A stretch of DNA of 64,000 nucleotides from Nemertoderma westbladi (lineage: Eukaryota; Animalia; Xenacoelomorpha), in assembly GCA_032718475.1 (NCBI GenBank), contig JAUCBJ010007580.1:124001-188000 (forward strand). The letters are read 5' to 3'. Below are positions 1 through 14,923 of the stretch, in pieces. The notes below the pieces were generated by a model. That model was given only the letters and a program-made list of their open reading frames with translations. It searched no databases and was not told the origin of the DNA. The first letter of the stretch is position 1; every line of letters begins with the position of its first letter. The position numbers were made by a program, and so were the translations under genes.

Positions 1-3000
1 CACCTTTTTATAATTTATAGAAAGAACCCTGGATACACTGACCCACATACCTTTTTATAATTTATATAAAGAACCCTGGATACACTGACACACACCTTTT
101 TATAATTTATAGAAAGAACCCTGGATACATTGACCCACACCTTTTTATAATTTATATAAAGAACCCTGGATACACTGACACACACCTTTTTAAGATTTAT
201 AGAAAGAACCCTGGATACACTGACCCACACCTTTTTATAATTTATAGAAAGAACCCTGGATACACTGACACACACCTTTTTAAGATTTATAGAAAGAACC
301 CTGGATACACTGACCCACACCTTTTTATAATTTATAGAAAGAACCCTGGATACACTGACACACACCTTTTTATAATTTATATAAAGAACCCTGGATACAC
401 TGACACACACCTTTTTAAGATTTATAGAAAGAACCCTGGATACACTGACCCACACCTTTTTATAATTTATATAAAGAACCCTGGATACACTGACACACAC
501 CTTTTTAAGATTTATAGAAAGAACCCTGGATACACTGACCCACACCTTTTTATAATTTATAGAAAGAACCCTGGATACACTGACACACACCTTTTTAAGA
601 TTTATAGAAAGAACCCTGGATACACTGACACACACCTTTTTATAATTTATAGAAAGAACCCTGGATACACTGACACACACCTTTTTATAATTTATATAAA
701 GAACCCTGGATACACTGACACACACCTTTTTAAGATTTATAGAAAGAACCCTGGATACACTGACCCACACCTTTTTATAATTTATAGAAAGAACCCTGGA
801 TACACTGACACACACCTTTTTATAATTTATATAAAGAACCCTGGATACACTGACACACACCTTTTTAAGATTTATAGAAAGAACCCTGGATACACTGACC
901 CACACCTTTTTATAATTTATAGAAAGAACCATGGATACACTGACACACACCTTTTTATAATTTATAGAAAGAACCCTGGATACACTGACCCACACCTTTT
1001 TATAATTTATAGAAAGAACCATGGATACACTGACACACACCTTTTTATAATTTATAGAAAGAACCATGGATACACTGACACACACCTTTTTATAATTTAT
1101 ATAAAGAACCCTGGATACACTGACACACACCTTTTTATAATTTATAGAAAGAACCATGGATACACTGACCCACACCTTTTTATAATTTATAGAAAGAACC
1201 ATGGATACACTGACACACACCTTTTTATAATTTATAGAAAGAACCCTGGATACACTGACCCACACCTTTTTATAATTTATAGAAAGAACCCTGGATACAC
1301 TGACCCACACCTTTTTATAATTTATATAAAGAACCCTGGATACACTGACACACACCTTTTTAAGATTTATAGAAAGAACCCTGGATACACTGACCCACAC
1401 CTTTTTATAATTTATAGTAAGAACCCTGGATACACTGACCCACACCTTTTTATAATTTATATAAAGAACCCTGGATACACTGACACACATCTTTTTATGA
1501 TTTATAGAAAGAACCCTGGATACACTGACCCACACCTTTTTATAATTTATAGAAAGAACCCTGGATACACTGACCCACACCTTTTTATAATTTATAGAAA
1601 GAACCCTGGATACACTGACCCACACCTTTTTATAATTTATATAAAGAACCCTGGATACACTGACACACACCTTTTTAAGATTTATAGAAAGAACCCTGGA
1701 TACACTGACCCACACCTTTTTATAATTTATAGTAAGAACCCTGGATACACTGACCCACACCTTTTTATAATTTATAGAAAGAACCCTGGATACACTAACC
1801 CACATACCTTTTTAAGATTTATAGAAAGAACCCTGGATACACTGACCCACACCTTTTTATAATTTATAGTAAGAACCCTGGATACACTGACACACACCTT
1901 TTTAAGATTTATAGAAAGAACCCTGGATACACTGACACACACCTTTTTATAATTTATAGAAAGAACCCTGGATACACTGACCCACACCTTTTTATAATTT
2001 ATAGTAAGAACCCTGGATACACTGAACCACACCTTTTTATAATTTATAGAAAGAACCCTGGATACACTGACCCACACCTTTTTATAATTTATAGAAAGAA
2101 CCCTGGATACACTGACCCACACCTTTTTATAATTTATATAAAGAACCCTGGATACACTGACACACACCTTTTTATAATTTATATAAAGAACCCTGGATAC
2201 ACTGACACACACCTTTTTAAGATTTATAGAAAGAACCCTGGATACACTGACCCACACCTTTTTATAATTTATAGTAAGAACCCTGGATACACTGACCCAC
2301 ACCTTTTTATAATTTATAGAAAGAACCCTGGATACACTGACACACACCTTTTTAAGATTTATAGAAAGAACCCTGGATACACTGACCCACACCTTTTTAT
2401 AATTTATATAAAGAACCCTGGATACACTGACACACACCTTTTTATAATTTATAGAAAGAACCATGGATACACTGACACACACCTTTTTATAATTTATAGA
2501 AAGAACCCTGGATACACTGACCCACACCTTTTTATAATTTATATAAAGAACCCTGGATACACTGACACACACCTTTTTAAGATTTATAGAAAGAACCCTG
2601 GATACACTGACACACACCTTTTTATAATTTATATAAAGAACCCTGGATACACTGACACACACCTTTTTATAATTTATAGAAAGAACCATGGATACACTGA
2701 CACACACCTTTTTAAGATTTATAGAAAGAACCCTGGATACACTGACCCACACCTTTTTATAATTTATAGAAAGAACCCTGGATACACTGACCCACACCTT
2801 TTTATAATTTATATAAAGAACCCTGGATACACTGACACACACCTTTTTATAATTTATAGAAAGAACCCTGGATACACTGACCCACACCTTTTTATAATTT
2901 ATATAAAGAACCCTGGATACACTGACACACACCTTTTTATAATTTATATAAAGAACCCTGGATACACTGACACACACCTTTTTAAGATTTATAGAAAGAA

Positions 3001-3258
3001 CCCTGGATACACTGACCCACACCTTTTTATAATTTATATAAAGAACCCTGGATACACTGACACACACCTTTTTAAGATTTATAGAAAGAACCCTGGATAC
3101 ACTGACACACACCTTTTTATAATCTATAGAAAGAACCCTGGATACACTGACCCACACCTTTTTATAATTTATATAAAGAACCCTGGATACACTGACACAC
3201 ACCTTTTTAAGATTTATAGAAAGAACCCTGGATACACTGACCCACACCTTTTTATAAT

Positions 3259-6200
3259 TTATAGAAAGAACCCTGGATACACTGACCCACATACCTTTTT
3301 ATAATTTATATAAAGAACCCTGGATACACTGACACACACCTTTTTATAATTTATAGAAAGAACCCTGGATACACTGACACACACCTTTTTAAGATTTATA
3401 GAAAGAACCCTGGATACACTGACACACACCTTTTTATAATCTATAGAAAGAACCCTGGATACACTGACCCACACCTTTTTATAATTTATATAAAGAACCC
3501 TGGATACACTGACACACACCTTTTTAAGATTTATAGAAAGAACCCTGGATACACTGACCCACACCTTTTTATAATTTATAGAAAGAACCCTGGATACACT
3601 GACCCACATACCTTTTTATAATTTATATAAAGAACCCTGGATACACTGACACACACCTTTTTATAATTTATAGAAAGAACCCTGGATACACTGACCCACA
3701 CCTTTTTATAATTTATATAAAGAACCCTGGATACACTGACACACACCTTTTTATAATTTATAGAAAGAACCCTGGATACACTGACCCACATACCTTTTTA
3801 TAATTTATATAAAGAACCCTGGATACACTGACACACACCTTTTTATAATTTATAGAAAGAACCCTGGATACACTGACCCACACCTTTTTATAATTTATAT
3901 AAAGAACCCTGGATACACTGACACACACCTTTTTAAGATTTATAGAAAGAACCCTGGATACACTGACCCACACCTTTTTATAATTTATAGAAAGAACCCT
4001 GGATACACTGACACACACCTTTTTAAGATTTATAGAAAGAACCCTGGATACACTGACCCACACCTTTTTATAATTTATAGAAAGAACCCTGGATACACTG
4101 ACACACACCTTTTTATAATTTATATAAAGAACCCTGGATACACTGACACACACCTTTTTAAGATTTATAGAAAGAACCCTGGATACACTGACCCACACCT
4201 TTTTATAATTTATATAAAGAACCCTGGATACACTGACACACACCTTTTTAAGATTTATAGAAAGAACCCTGGATACACTGACCCACACCTTTTTATAATT
4301 TATAGAAAGAACCCTGGATACACTGACACACACCTTTTTAAGATTTATAGAAAGAACCCTGGATACACTGACACACACCTTTTTATAATTTATATAAAGA
4401 ACCCTGGATACACTGACACACACCTTTTTAAGATTTATAGAAAGAACCCTGGATACACTGACCCACACCTTTTTATAATTTATAGAAAGAACCCTGGATA
4501 CACTGACACACACCTTTTTATAATTTGTATAAAGAACCCTGGATACACTGACACACACCTTTTTAAGATTTATAGAAAGAACCCTGGATACACTGACCCA
4601 CACCTTTTTATAATTTATAGAAAGAACCCTGGATACACTGACCCACACCTTTTTATAATTTATATAAAGAACCCTGGATACACTGACACACACCTTTTTA
4701 AGATTTATAGAAAGAACCCTGGATACACTGACCCACACCTTTTTATAATTTATATAAAGAACCCTGGATACACTGACACACACCTTTTTAAGATTTATAG
4801 AAAGAACCCTGGATACACTGACCCACACCTTTTTATAATTTATAGAAAGAACCCTGGATACACTGACCCACACCTTTTTATAATTTATAGAAAGAACCCT
4901 GGATACACTGACACACACCTTTTTATAGATTTATATAAAGAACCCTGGATACACTGACACACACCTTTTTAAGATTTATAGAAAGAACCCTGGATACACT
5001 GACCCACACCTTTTTATAATTTATAGAAAGAACCCTGGATACACTGACCCACACCTTTTTATAATTTATATAAAGAACCCTGGATACACTGACACACACC
5101 TTTTTATAATTTATAGAAAGAACCCTGGATACACTGACCCACACCTTTTTAAGATTTATAGAAAGAACCCTGGATACACTGACCCACACCTTTTTATAAT
5201 TTATAGAAAGAACCCTGGATACACTGACCCACACCTTTTTATAATTTATAAAAGAACCCTGGATACACTGACCACACCTTTTTAAATTTATAGAAAGAAC
5301 CTGGATACACTGACACACACCTTTTTATAATTTATATAAAGAACCCTGGATACACTGACACACACCTTTTTATAATTTATAGAAAGAACCCTGGATACAC
5401 TGACCCACACCTTTTTATAATTTATAGAAAGAACCCTGGATACACTGACCCACACCTTTTTATAATTTATATAAAGAACCCTGGATACACTGACACACAC
5501 CTTTTTATAATTTATAGAAAGAACCCTGGATACACTGACACACACCTTTTTATAATCTATAGAAAGAACCCTGGATACACTGACCCACACCTTTTTATAA
5601 TTTATATAAAGAACCCTGGATACACTGACACACACCTTTTTAAGATTTATAGAAAGAACCCTGGATACACTGACCCACACCTTTTTATAATTTATAGAAA
5701 GAACCCTGGATACACTGACCCACATACCTTTTTATAATTTATATAAAGAACCCTGGATACACTGACACACACCTTTTTATAATTTATAGAAAGAACCCTG
5801 GATACACTGACACACACCTTTTTAAGATTTATAGAAAGAACCCTGGATACACTGACACACACCTTTTTATAATCTATAGAAAGAACCCTGGATACACTGA
5901 CCCACACCTTTTTATAATTTATATAAAGAACCCTGGATACACTGACACACACCTTTTTAAGATTTATAGAAAGAACCCTGGATACACTGACCCACACCTT
6001 TTTATAATTTATAGAAAGAACCCTGGATACACTGACCCACATACCTTTTTATAATTTATATAAAGAACCCTGGATACACTGACACACACCTTTTTATAAT
6101 TTATAGAAAGAACCCTGGATACACTGACCCACACCTTTTTATAATTTATATAAAGAACCCTGGATACACTGACACACACCTTTTTATAATTTATAGAAAG

Positions 6201-7000
6201 AACCCTGGATACACTGACCCACATACCTTTTTATAATTTATATAAAGAACCCTGGATACACTGACACACACCTTTTTATAATTTATAGAAAGAACCCTGG
6301 ATACACTGACCCACACCTTTTTATAATTTATATAAAGAACCCTGGATACACTGACACACACCTTTTTAAGATTTATAGAAAGAACCCTGGATACACTGAC
6401 CCACACCTTTTTATAATTTATAGAAAGAACCCTGGATACACTGACACACACCTTTTTAAGATTTATAGAAAGAACCCTGGATACACTGACCCACACCTTT
6501 TTATAATTTATAGAAAGAACCCTGGATACACTGACACACACCTTTTTATAATTTATATAAAGAACCCTGGATACACTGACACACACCTTTTTAAGATTTA
6601 TAGAAAGAACCCTGGATACACTGACCCACACCTTTTTATAATTTATATAAAGAACCCTGGATACACTGACACACACCTTTTTAAGATTTATAGAAAGAAC
6701 CCTGGATACACTGACCCACACCTTTTTATAATTTATAGAAAGAACCCTGGATACACTGACACACACCTTTTTAAGATTTATAGAAAGAACCCTGGATACA
6801 CTGACACACACCTTTTTATAATTTATATAAAGAACCCTGGATACACTGACACACACCTTTTTAAGATTTATAGAAAGAACCCTGGATACACTGACCCACA
6901 CCTTTTTATAATTTATAGAAAGAACCCTGGATACACTGACACACACCTTTTTATAATTTGTATAAAGAACCCTGGATACACTGACACACACCTTTTTAAG
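3259..7000. repeat. 2433-bp offset block duplication within the satellite
   Basis: 47-bp monomers and AATCTATAG markers recur at +2433 (ORF boundaries 3259/5692, 3576/6009, 3758/6191). The rare TTTGTATA marker is at ~4525 and ~6958. Confidence 0.85.
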
Positions 7001-10000
7001 ATTTATAGAAAGAACCCTGGATACACTGACCCACACCTTTTTATAATTTATAGAAAGAACCCTGGATACACTGACCCACACCTTTTTATAATTTATATAA
7101 AGAACCCTGGATACACTGACACACACCTTTTTAAGATTTATAGAAAGAACCCTGGATACACTGACCCACACCTTTTTATAATTTATAGAAAGAACCCTGG
7201 ATACACTGACCCACACCTTTTTATAATTTATATAAAGAACCCTGGATACACTGACACACACGTTTTTATAATTTATAGAAAGAACCCTGGATACACTGAC
7301 CCACACCTTTTTAAGATTTATAGAAAGAACCCTGGATACACTGACCCACACCTTTTTATAATTTATAGAAAGAACCCTGGATACACTGACCCACACCTTT
7401 TTATAATTTATATAAAGAACCCTGGATACACTGACACACACCTTTTTATAATTTATAGAAAGAACCCTGGATACACTGACACACACCTTTTTAAGATTTA
7501 TAGAAAGAACCCTGGATACACTGACCCACACCTTTTTATAATTTATAGAAAGAACCCTGGATACACTGACCCACACCTTTTTATAATTTATATAAAGAAC
7601 CCTGGATACACTGACACACACCTTTTTATAATTTTTAGGAAGAACCCTGGATACACTGACACACACCTTTTTAAGATTTATAGAAAGAACCCTGGATACA
7701 CTGACACACACCTTTTTAAGATTTATAGAAAGAACCCTGGATACACTGACCCACACCTTTTTATAATTTATAGAAAGAACCCTGGATACACTGACCCACA
7801 CCTTTTTATAATTTATATAAAGAACCCTGGATACACTGACACACACCTTTTTAAGATTTATAGAAAGAACCCTGGATACACTGACCCACACCTTTTTATA
7901 ATTTATAGAAAGAACCCTGGATACACTGACCCACACCTTTTTATAATTAAGGAACCCTGGATACACTGACACACACCTTTTTATAATTTATAGAAAGAAC
8001 CCTGGATACACTGACCCACACCTTTTTAAGATTTATAGAAAGAACCCTGGATACACTGACCCACACCTTTTTATAATTTATAGAAAGAACCCTGGATACA
8101 CTGACCCACACCTTTTTATAATTTATATAAAGAACCCTGGATACACTGACACACACCTTTTTATAATTTATATAAAGAACCCTGGATACACTGACCCACA
8201 CCTTTTTAAGATTTATAGAAAGAACCCTGGATACACTGACCCACACCTTTATATAATTTATAGAAAGAACCCTGGATACACTGACCCACACCTTTTTATA
8301 ATTTATATAAAGAACCCTGGATACACTGACACACACCTTTTTATAATTTATAGAAAGAACCCTGGATACACTGACCCACACCTTTTTATAATTTATATAA
8401 AGAACCCTGGATACACTGACCCACGCCTTTTTATAATTTATAGAAAGAACCCTGGATACACTGACCCACACCTTTTTATAATTTATATAAAGAACCCTGG
8501 ATACACTGACACACACCTTTTTATAATTTATAGAAAGAACCCTGGATACACTGACCCACACCTTTTTATAATTTATATAAAGAACCCTGGATACACTGAC
8601 ACACACCTTTTTAAGATTTATAGAAAGAACCCTGGATACACTGACCCACACCTTTTTATAATTTATAGTAAGAACCCTGGATACACTGACCCACACCTTT
8701 TTATAATTTATAGAAAGAACCCTGGATACACTGACACACACCTTTTTAAGATTTATATAAAGAACCCTGGATACACTGACACACACCTTTTTAAGATTTA
8801 TAGAAAGAACCCTGGATACACTGACCCACACCTTTTTATAATTTATAGAAAGAACCCTGGATACACTGACCCACACCTTTTTATAATTTATATAAAGAAC
8901 CCTGGATACACTGACACACACCTTTTTATAATTTATAGAAAGAACCCTGGATACACTGACCCACACCTTTTTAAGATTTATAGAAAGAACCCTGGATACA
9001 CTGACCCACACCTTTTTATAATTTATAGAAAGAACCCTGGATACACTGACCCACACCTTTTTATAATTTATATAAAGAACCCTGGATACACTGACACACA
9101 CCTTTTTATAATTTATAGAAAGAACCCTGGATACACTGACACACACCTTTTTAAGATTTATAGAAAGAACCCTGGATACACTGACCCACACCTTTTTATA
9201 ATTTATAGAAAGAACCCTGGATACACTGACCCACACCTTTTTATAATTTATATAAAGAACCCTGGATACACTGACACACACCTTTTTATAATTTATAGGA
9301 AGAACCCTGGATACACTGACACACACCTTTTTAAGATTTATAGAAAGAACCCTGGATACACTGACCCACACCTTTTTATAATTTATAGAAAGAACCCTGG
9401 ATACACTGACCCACACCTTTTTATAATTTATATAAAGAACCCTGGATACACTAACACACACCTTTTTAAGATTTATAGAAAGAACCCTGGATACACTGAC
9501 CCACACCTTTTTATAATTTATAGAAAGAACCCTGGATACACTGACCCACACCTTTTTATAATTTATATAAAGAACCCTGGATACACTGACACACACCTTT
9601 TTATAATTTTTAGAAAGAACCCTGGATACACTGACCCACACCTTTTTAAGATTTATAGAAAGAACCCTGGATACACTGACCCACACCTTTTTATAATTTA
9701 TAGAAAGAACCCTGGATACACTGACCCACACCTTTTTATAATTTATATAAAGAACCCTGGATACACTGACACACACCTTTTTATAATTTATAGAAAAAAC
9801 CCTGGATACACTGACACACACCTTTTTAAGATTTATAGAAAGAACCCTGGATACACTGACCCACACCTTTTTATAATTTATAGAAAGAACCCTGGATACA
9901 CTGACCCACACCTTTTTATAATTTATATAAAGAACCCTGGATACACTGACACACACCTTTTTATAATTTATAGAAAGAACCCTGGATACACTGACCCACA

Positions 10001-13000
10001 TCTTTTTAAGATTTATAGAAAGAACCCTGGATACACTGACCCACACCTTTTTATAATTTATAGAAAGAACCCTGGATACACTGACCCACACCTTTTTATA
10101 ATTTATATAAAGAACCCTGGATACACTGACACACACCTTTTTATAATTTATATAAAGAACCCTGGATACACTGACACACACCTTTTTAAGATTTATAGAA
10201 AGAACCCTGGATACACTGACCCACACCTTTTTATAATTTATAGAAAGAACCCTGGATACACTGACCCACACCTTTTTATAATTTATATAAAGAACCCTGG
10301 ATACACTGACACACACCTTTTTATAATTTATAGAAAGAACCCTGGATACACTGACCCACACCTTTTTATAATTTATATAAAGAACCCTGGATACACTGAC
10401 CCACGCCTTTTTATAATTTATAGAAAGAACCCTGGATACACTGACCCACACCTTTTTATAATTTATATAAAGAACCCTGGATACACTGACAATCACCTTT
10501 TTATAATTTATAGAAAGAACCCTGGATACACTGACCCACACCTTTTTCTAATTTATATAAAGAACCCTGGATACACTGACACACACCTTTTTAAGATTTA
10601 TAGAAAGAACCCTGGATACACTGACCCACACCTTTTTATAATTTATAGTAAGAACCCTGGATACACTGACCCACACCTTTTTATAATTTATAGAAAGAAC
10701 CCTGGATACACTGACACACACCTTTTTAAGATTTATAGAAAGAACCCTGGATACACTGACCCACACCTTTTTATAATTTATATAAAGAACCCTGGATACA
10801 CTGACCCACGCCTTTTTATAATTTATAGAAAGAACCCTGGATACACTGACACACACCTTTTTATAATTTATAGAAAGAACCCTGGATACACTGACACACA
10901 CCTTTTTAAGATTTATAGAAAGAACCCTGGATACACTGACCCACACCTTTTTATAATTTATAGAAAGAACCCTGGATACACTGACCCACACCTTTTTATA
11001 ATTTATATAAAGAACCCTGGATACACTGACACACACCTTTTTATAATTTATATAAAGAACCCTGGATACACTGACCCACACCTTTTTAAGATTTATAGAA
11101 AGAACCCTGGATACACTGACCCACACCTTTATATAATTTATAGAAAGAACCCTGGATACACTGACCCACACCTTTTTATAATTTATATAAAGAACCCTGG
11201 ATACACTGACACACACCTTTTTATAATTTATAGAAAGAACCCTGGATACACTGACCCACACCTTTTTATAATTTATATAAAGAACCCTGGATACACTGAC
11301 CCACGCCTTTTTATAATTTATAGAAAGAACCCTGGATACACTGACCCACACCTTTTTATAATTTATATAAAGAACCCTGGATACACTGACACACACCTTT
11401 TTATAATTTATAGAAAGAACCCTGGATACACTGACCCACACCTTTTTAAGATTTATATAAAGAACCCTGGATACACTGACACACACCTTTTTAAGATTTA
11501 TAGAAAGAACCCTGGATACACTGACCCACACCTTTTTATAATTTATAGAAAGAACCCTGGATACACTGACCCACACCTTTTTATAATTTATATAAAAAAC
11601 CCTGGATACACTGACACACACCTTTTTATAATTTATAGAAAGAACCCTGGATACACTGACCCACACCTTTTCAAGATTTATAGAAAGAACCCTGGATACA
11701 CTGACCCACACCTTTTTATAATTTATAGAAAGAACCCTGGATACACTGACCCACACCTTTTTATAATTTATATAAAGAACCCTGGATACACTGACACACA
11801 CCTTTTTATAATTTATAGAAAGAACCCTGGATACACTGACACACACCTTTTTAAGATTTATAGAAAGAACCCTGGATACACTGACACACACCTTTTTATA
11901 ATTTATAGAAAAAACCCTGGATACACTGACACACACCTTTTTAAGATTTATAGAAAGAACCCTGGATACACTGACCCACACCTTTTTATAATTTATAGAA
12001 AGAACCCTGGATACACTGACCCACACCTTTTTATAATTTATATAAAGAACCCTGGATACACTGACACACACCTTTTTATAATTTATAGAAAGAACCCCGG
12101 ATACACTGACCCACACCTTTTTAAGATTTATAGAAAGAACCCTGGATACACTGACCCACACCTTTTTATAATTTATAGAAAGAACCCTGGATACACTGAC
12201 CCACACCTTTTTATAATTTATATAAAGAACCCTGGATACACTGACACACACCTTTTTATAATTTATATAAAGAACCCTGGATACACTGACACACACCTTT
12301 TTAAGATTTATAGAAAGAACCCTGGATACACTGACCCACACCTTTTTATAATTTATAGAAAGAACCCTGGATACACTAACCCACACCTTTTTATAATTTA
12401 TATAAAGAACCCTGGATACACTGACACACACCTTTTTATAATTTATAGAAAGAACCCTGGATACACTGACCCACACCTTTTTATAATTTATATAAAGAAC
12501 CCTGGATACACTGACCCACGCCTTTTTATAATTTATAGAAAGAACCCTGGATACACTGACCCACACCTTTTTATAATTTATATAAAGAACCCTGGATACA
12601 CTGACACACACCTTTTTATAATTTATAGAAAGAACCCTGGATACACTGACCCACACCTTTTTATAATTTATATAAAGAACCCTGGATACACTGACACACA
12701 CCTTTTTAAGATTTATAGAAAGAACCCTGGATACACTGACCCACACCTTTTTATAATTTATAGTAAGAACCCTGGATACACTGACCCACACCTTTTTATA
12801 ATTTATAGAAAGAACCCTGGATACACTGACACACACCTTTTTAAGATTTATAGAAAGAACCCTGGATACACTGACCCACACCTTTTTATAATTTATATAA
12901 AGAACCCTGGATACACTGACCCACGCCTTTTTATAATTTATAGAAAGAACCCTGGATACACTGACCCACACCTTTTTATAATTTATAGAAAGAACCCTGG

Positions 13001-14486
13001 ATACACTGACACACACCTTTTTAAGATTTATAGAAAGAACCCTGGATACACTGACCCACACCTTTTTATAATTTATATAAAGAACCCTGGATACACTGAC
13101 ACACACCTTTTTATAATTTATAGAAAGAACCATGGATACACTGACACATACCTTTTTATAATTTATATAAAGAACCCTGGATACACTGACACACACCTTT
13201 TTATAATTTATAGTAAGAACCCTGGATACACTGACCCACACCTTTTTATAATTTATATAAAGAACCTTGGATACACTGACACACACCTTTTTAAGATTTA
13301 TAGAAAGAACCCTGGATACACTGACACACACCTTTTTATAATTTATATAAAGAACCCTGGATACACTGACACACACCTTTTTAAGATTTATAGAAAGAAC
13401 CCTGGATACACTGACCCACACCTTTTTATAATTTATATAAAGAACCCTGGATACACTGACACACACCTTTTTATAATTTATAGAAAGAACCATGGATACA
13501 CCGACACACACCTTTTTATAATTTATAGAAAGAACCATGGATACACTGACACACACCTTTTTATAATTTATAGAAAGAACCCTGGATACACTGACACACA
13601 CCTTTTTATAATTTATAGAAAGAACCATGGATACACTGACACACACCTTTTTATAATTTATATAAAGAACCCTGGATACTCTGACCCACACCTTTTTATA
13701 ATTTATAGAAAGAACCCTGGATACACTGACACACACATTTTTAAGATTTATAGAAAGAACCCTGGATACACTGACCCACACCTTTTTATAATTTATATAA
13801 AGAACCCTGGATACACTGACACACACCTTTTTATAATTTATATAAAGAACCCTGGATACACTAACCCACATACCTTTTTATAATTTATATAAAGAACCCT
13901 GGATACACTGACCCACACCTTTTTATAATTTATATAAAGAACCCTGGATACACTGACACACACCTTTTTATAATTTATAGAAAGAACCCTGGATACACTG
14001 ACACACACCTTTTTAAGATTTAAAGAAAGAACCCTGGATACACTGACCCACACCTTTTTATAATTTATATAAAGAACCCTGGATACACTGACACACACCT
14101 TTTTATAATTTATATAAAGAACCCTGGATACACTGACACACACCTTTTTAAGATTTATAGAAAGAACCCTGGATACACTGACCCACACCTTTTTATAATT
14201 TATATAAAGAACCCTGGATACACTGAGACACACCTTTTTATAATTTATAGAAAGAACCATGGATACACTGACCCACACCTTTTTATAATTTATAGTAAGA
14301 ACCCTGGATACACTGACCCACACCTTTTTATAATTTATATAAAGAACCCTGGATACACTGACACACACCTTTTTAAGATTTATAGAAAGAACCCTGGATA
14401 CACTGACCCACACCTTTTTATAATTTATAGAAAGAACCCTGGATACACTGACACACACCTTTTTAAGATTTATAGAAAGAACCCTG

Positions 14487-14923
14487 CGCCACCCAGTTGG
14501 GTAGCACCCACCATTCCCATTGAGGCTGTGCCATAGGTCAGGACCGACCCTTCACCTTACTGCTGTTTTATGTACATCATAGCCTACCGGTTGTTGTGTC
14601 TGTGTCTTCCATATTACCGCAGTACCGCGTTTGTGCTGCATACCTATCTGTCCCATTATACTGTTATACAGTTATATGAGTTGTGATACATATACGTTTG
14701 CCTTTGTTGCTGTTCATACACCAGCTTCTTCTTTACCTTGGCGTGGTGGCAGCTTGTGTTCGATCTCCACTGCCTTGATTACCTAATTTACTTATTCTGT
14801 TATTCCAGTATTTGTATTCTACAACTCTACCATTCTGCCATTACCGACACAGTTACTTCTAGCCACTAGGCCTATAGCAAATAGGCCTAGACGACGTTCC
14901 CAATCTGCTACACTACTTTCACC
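14487..14923. mobile_element. 437-bp non-satellite insertion (copy 1) with an apparent 13-bp target-site duplication; unclassified
   Basis: Flanked by AGAAAGAACCCTG (14474-14486) and AGAAAGAACACTG (14924-14936). Perfect 10-bp hairpin CTAGGCCTAT/ATAGGCCTAG at 14866-14890. No recognisable coding similarity. Confidence 0.75.
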
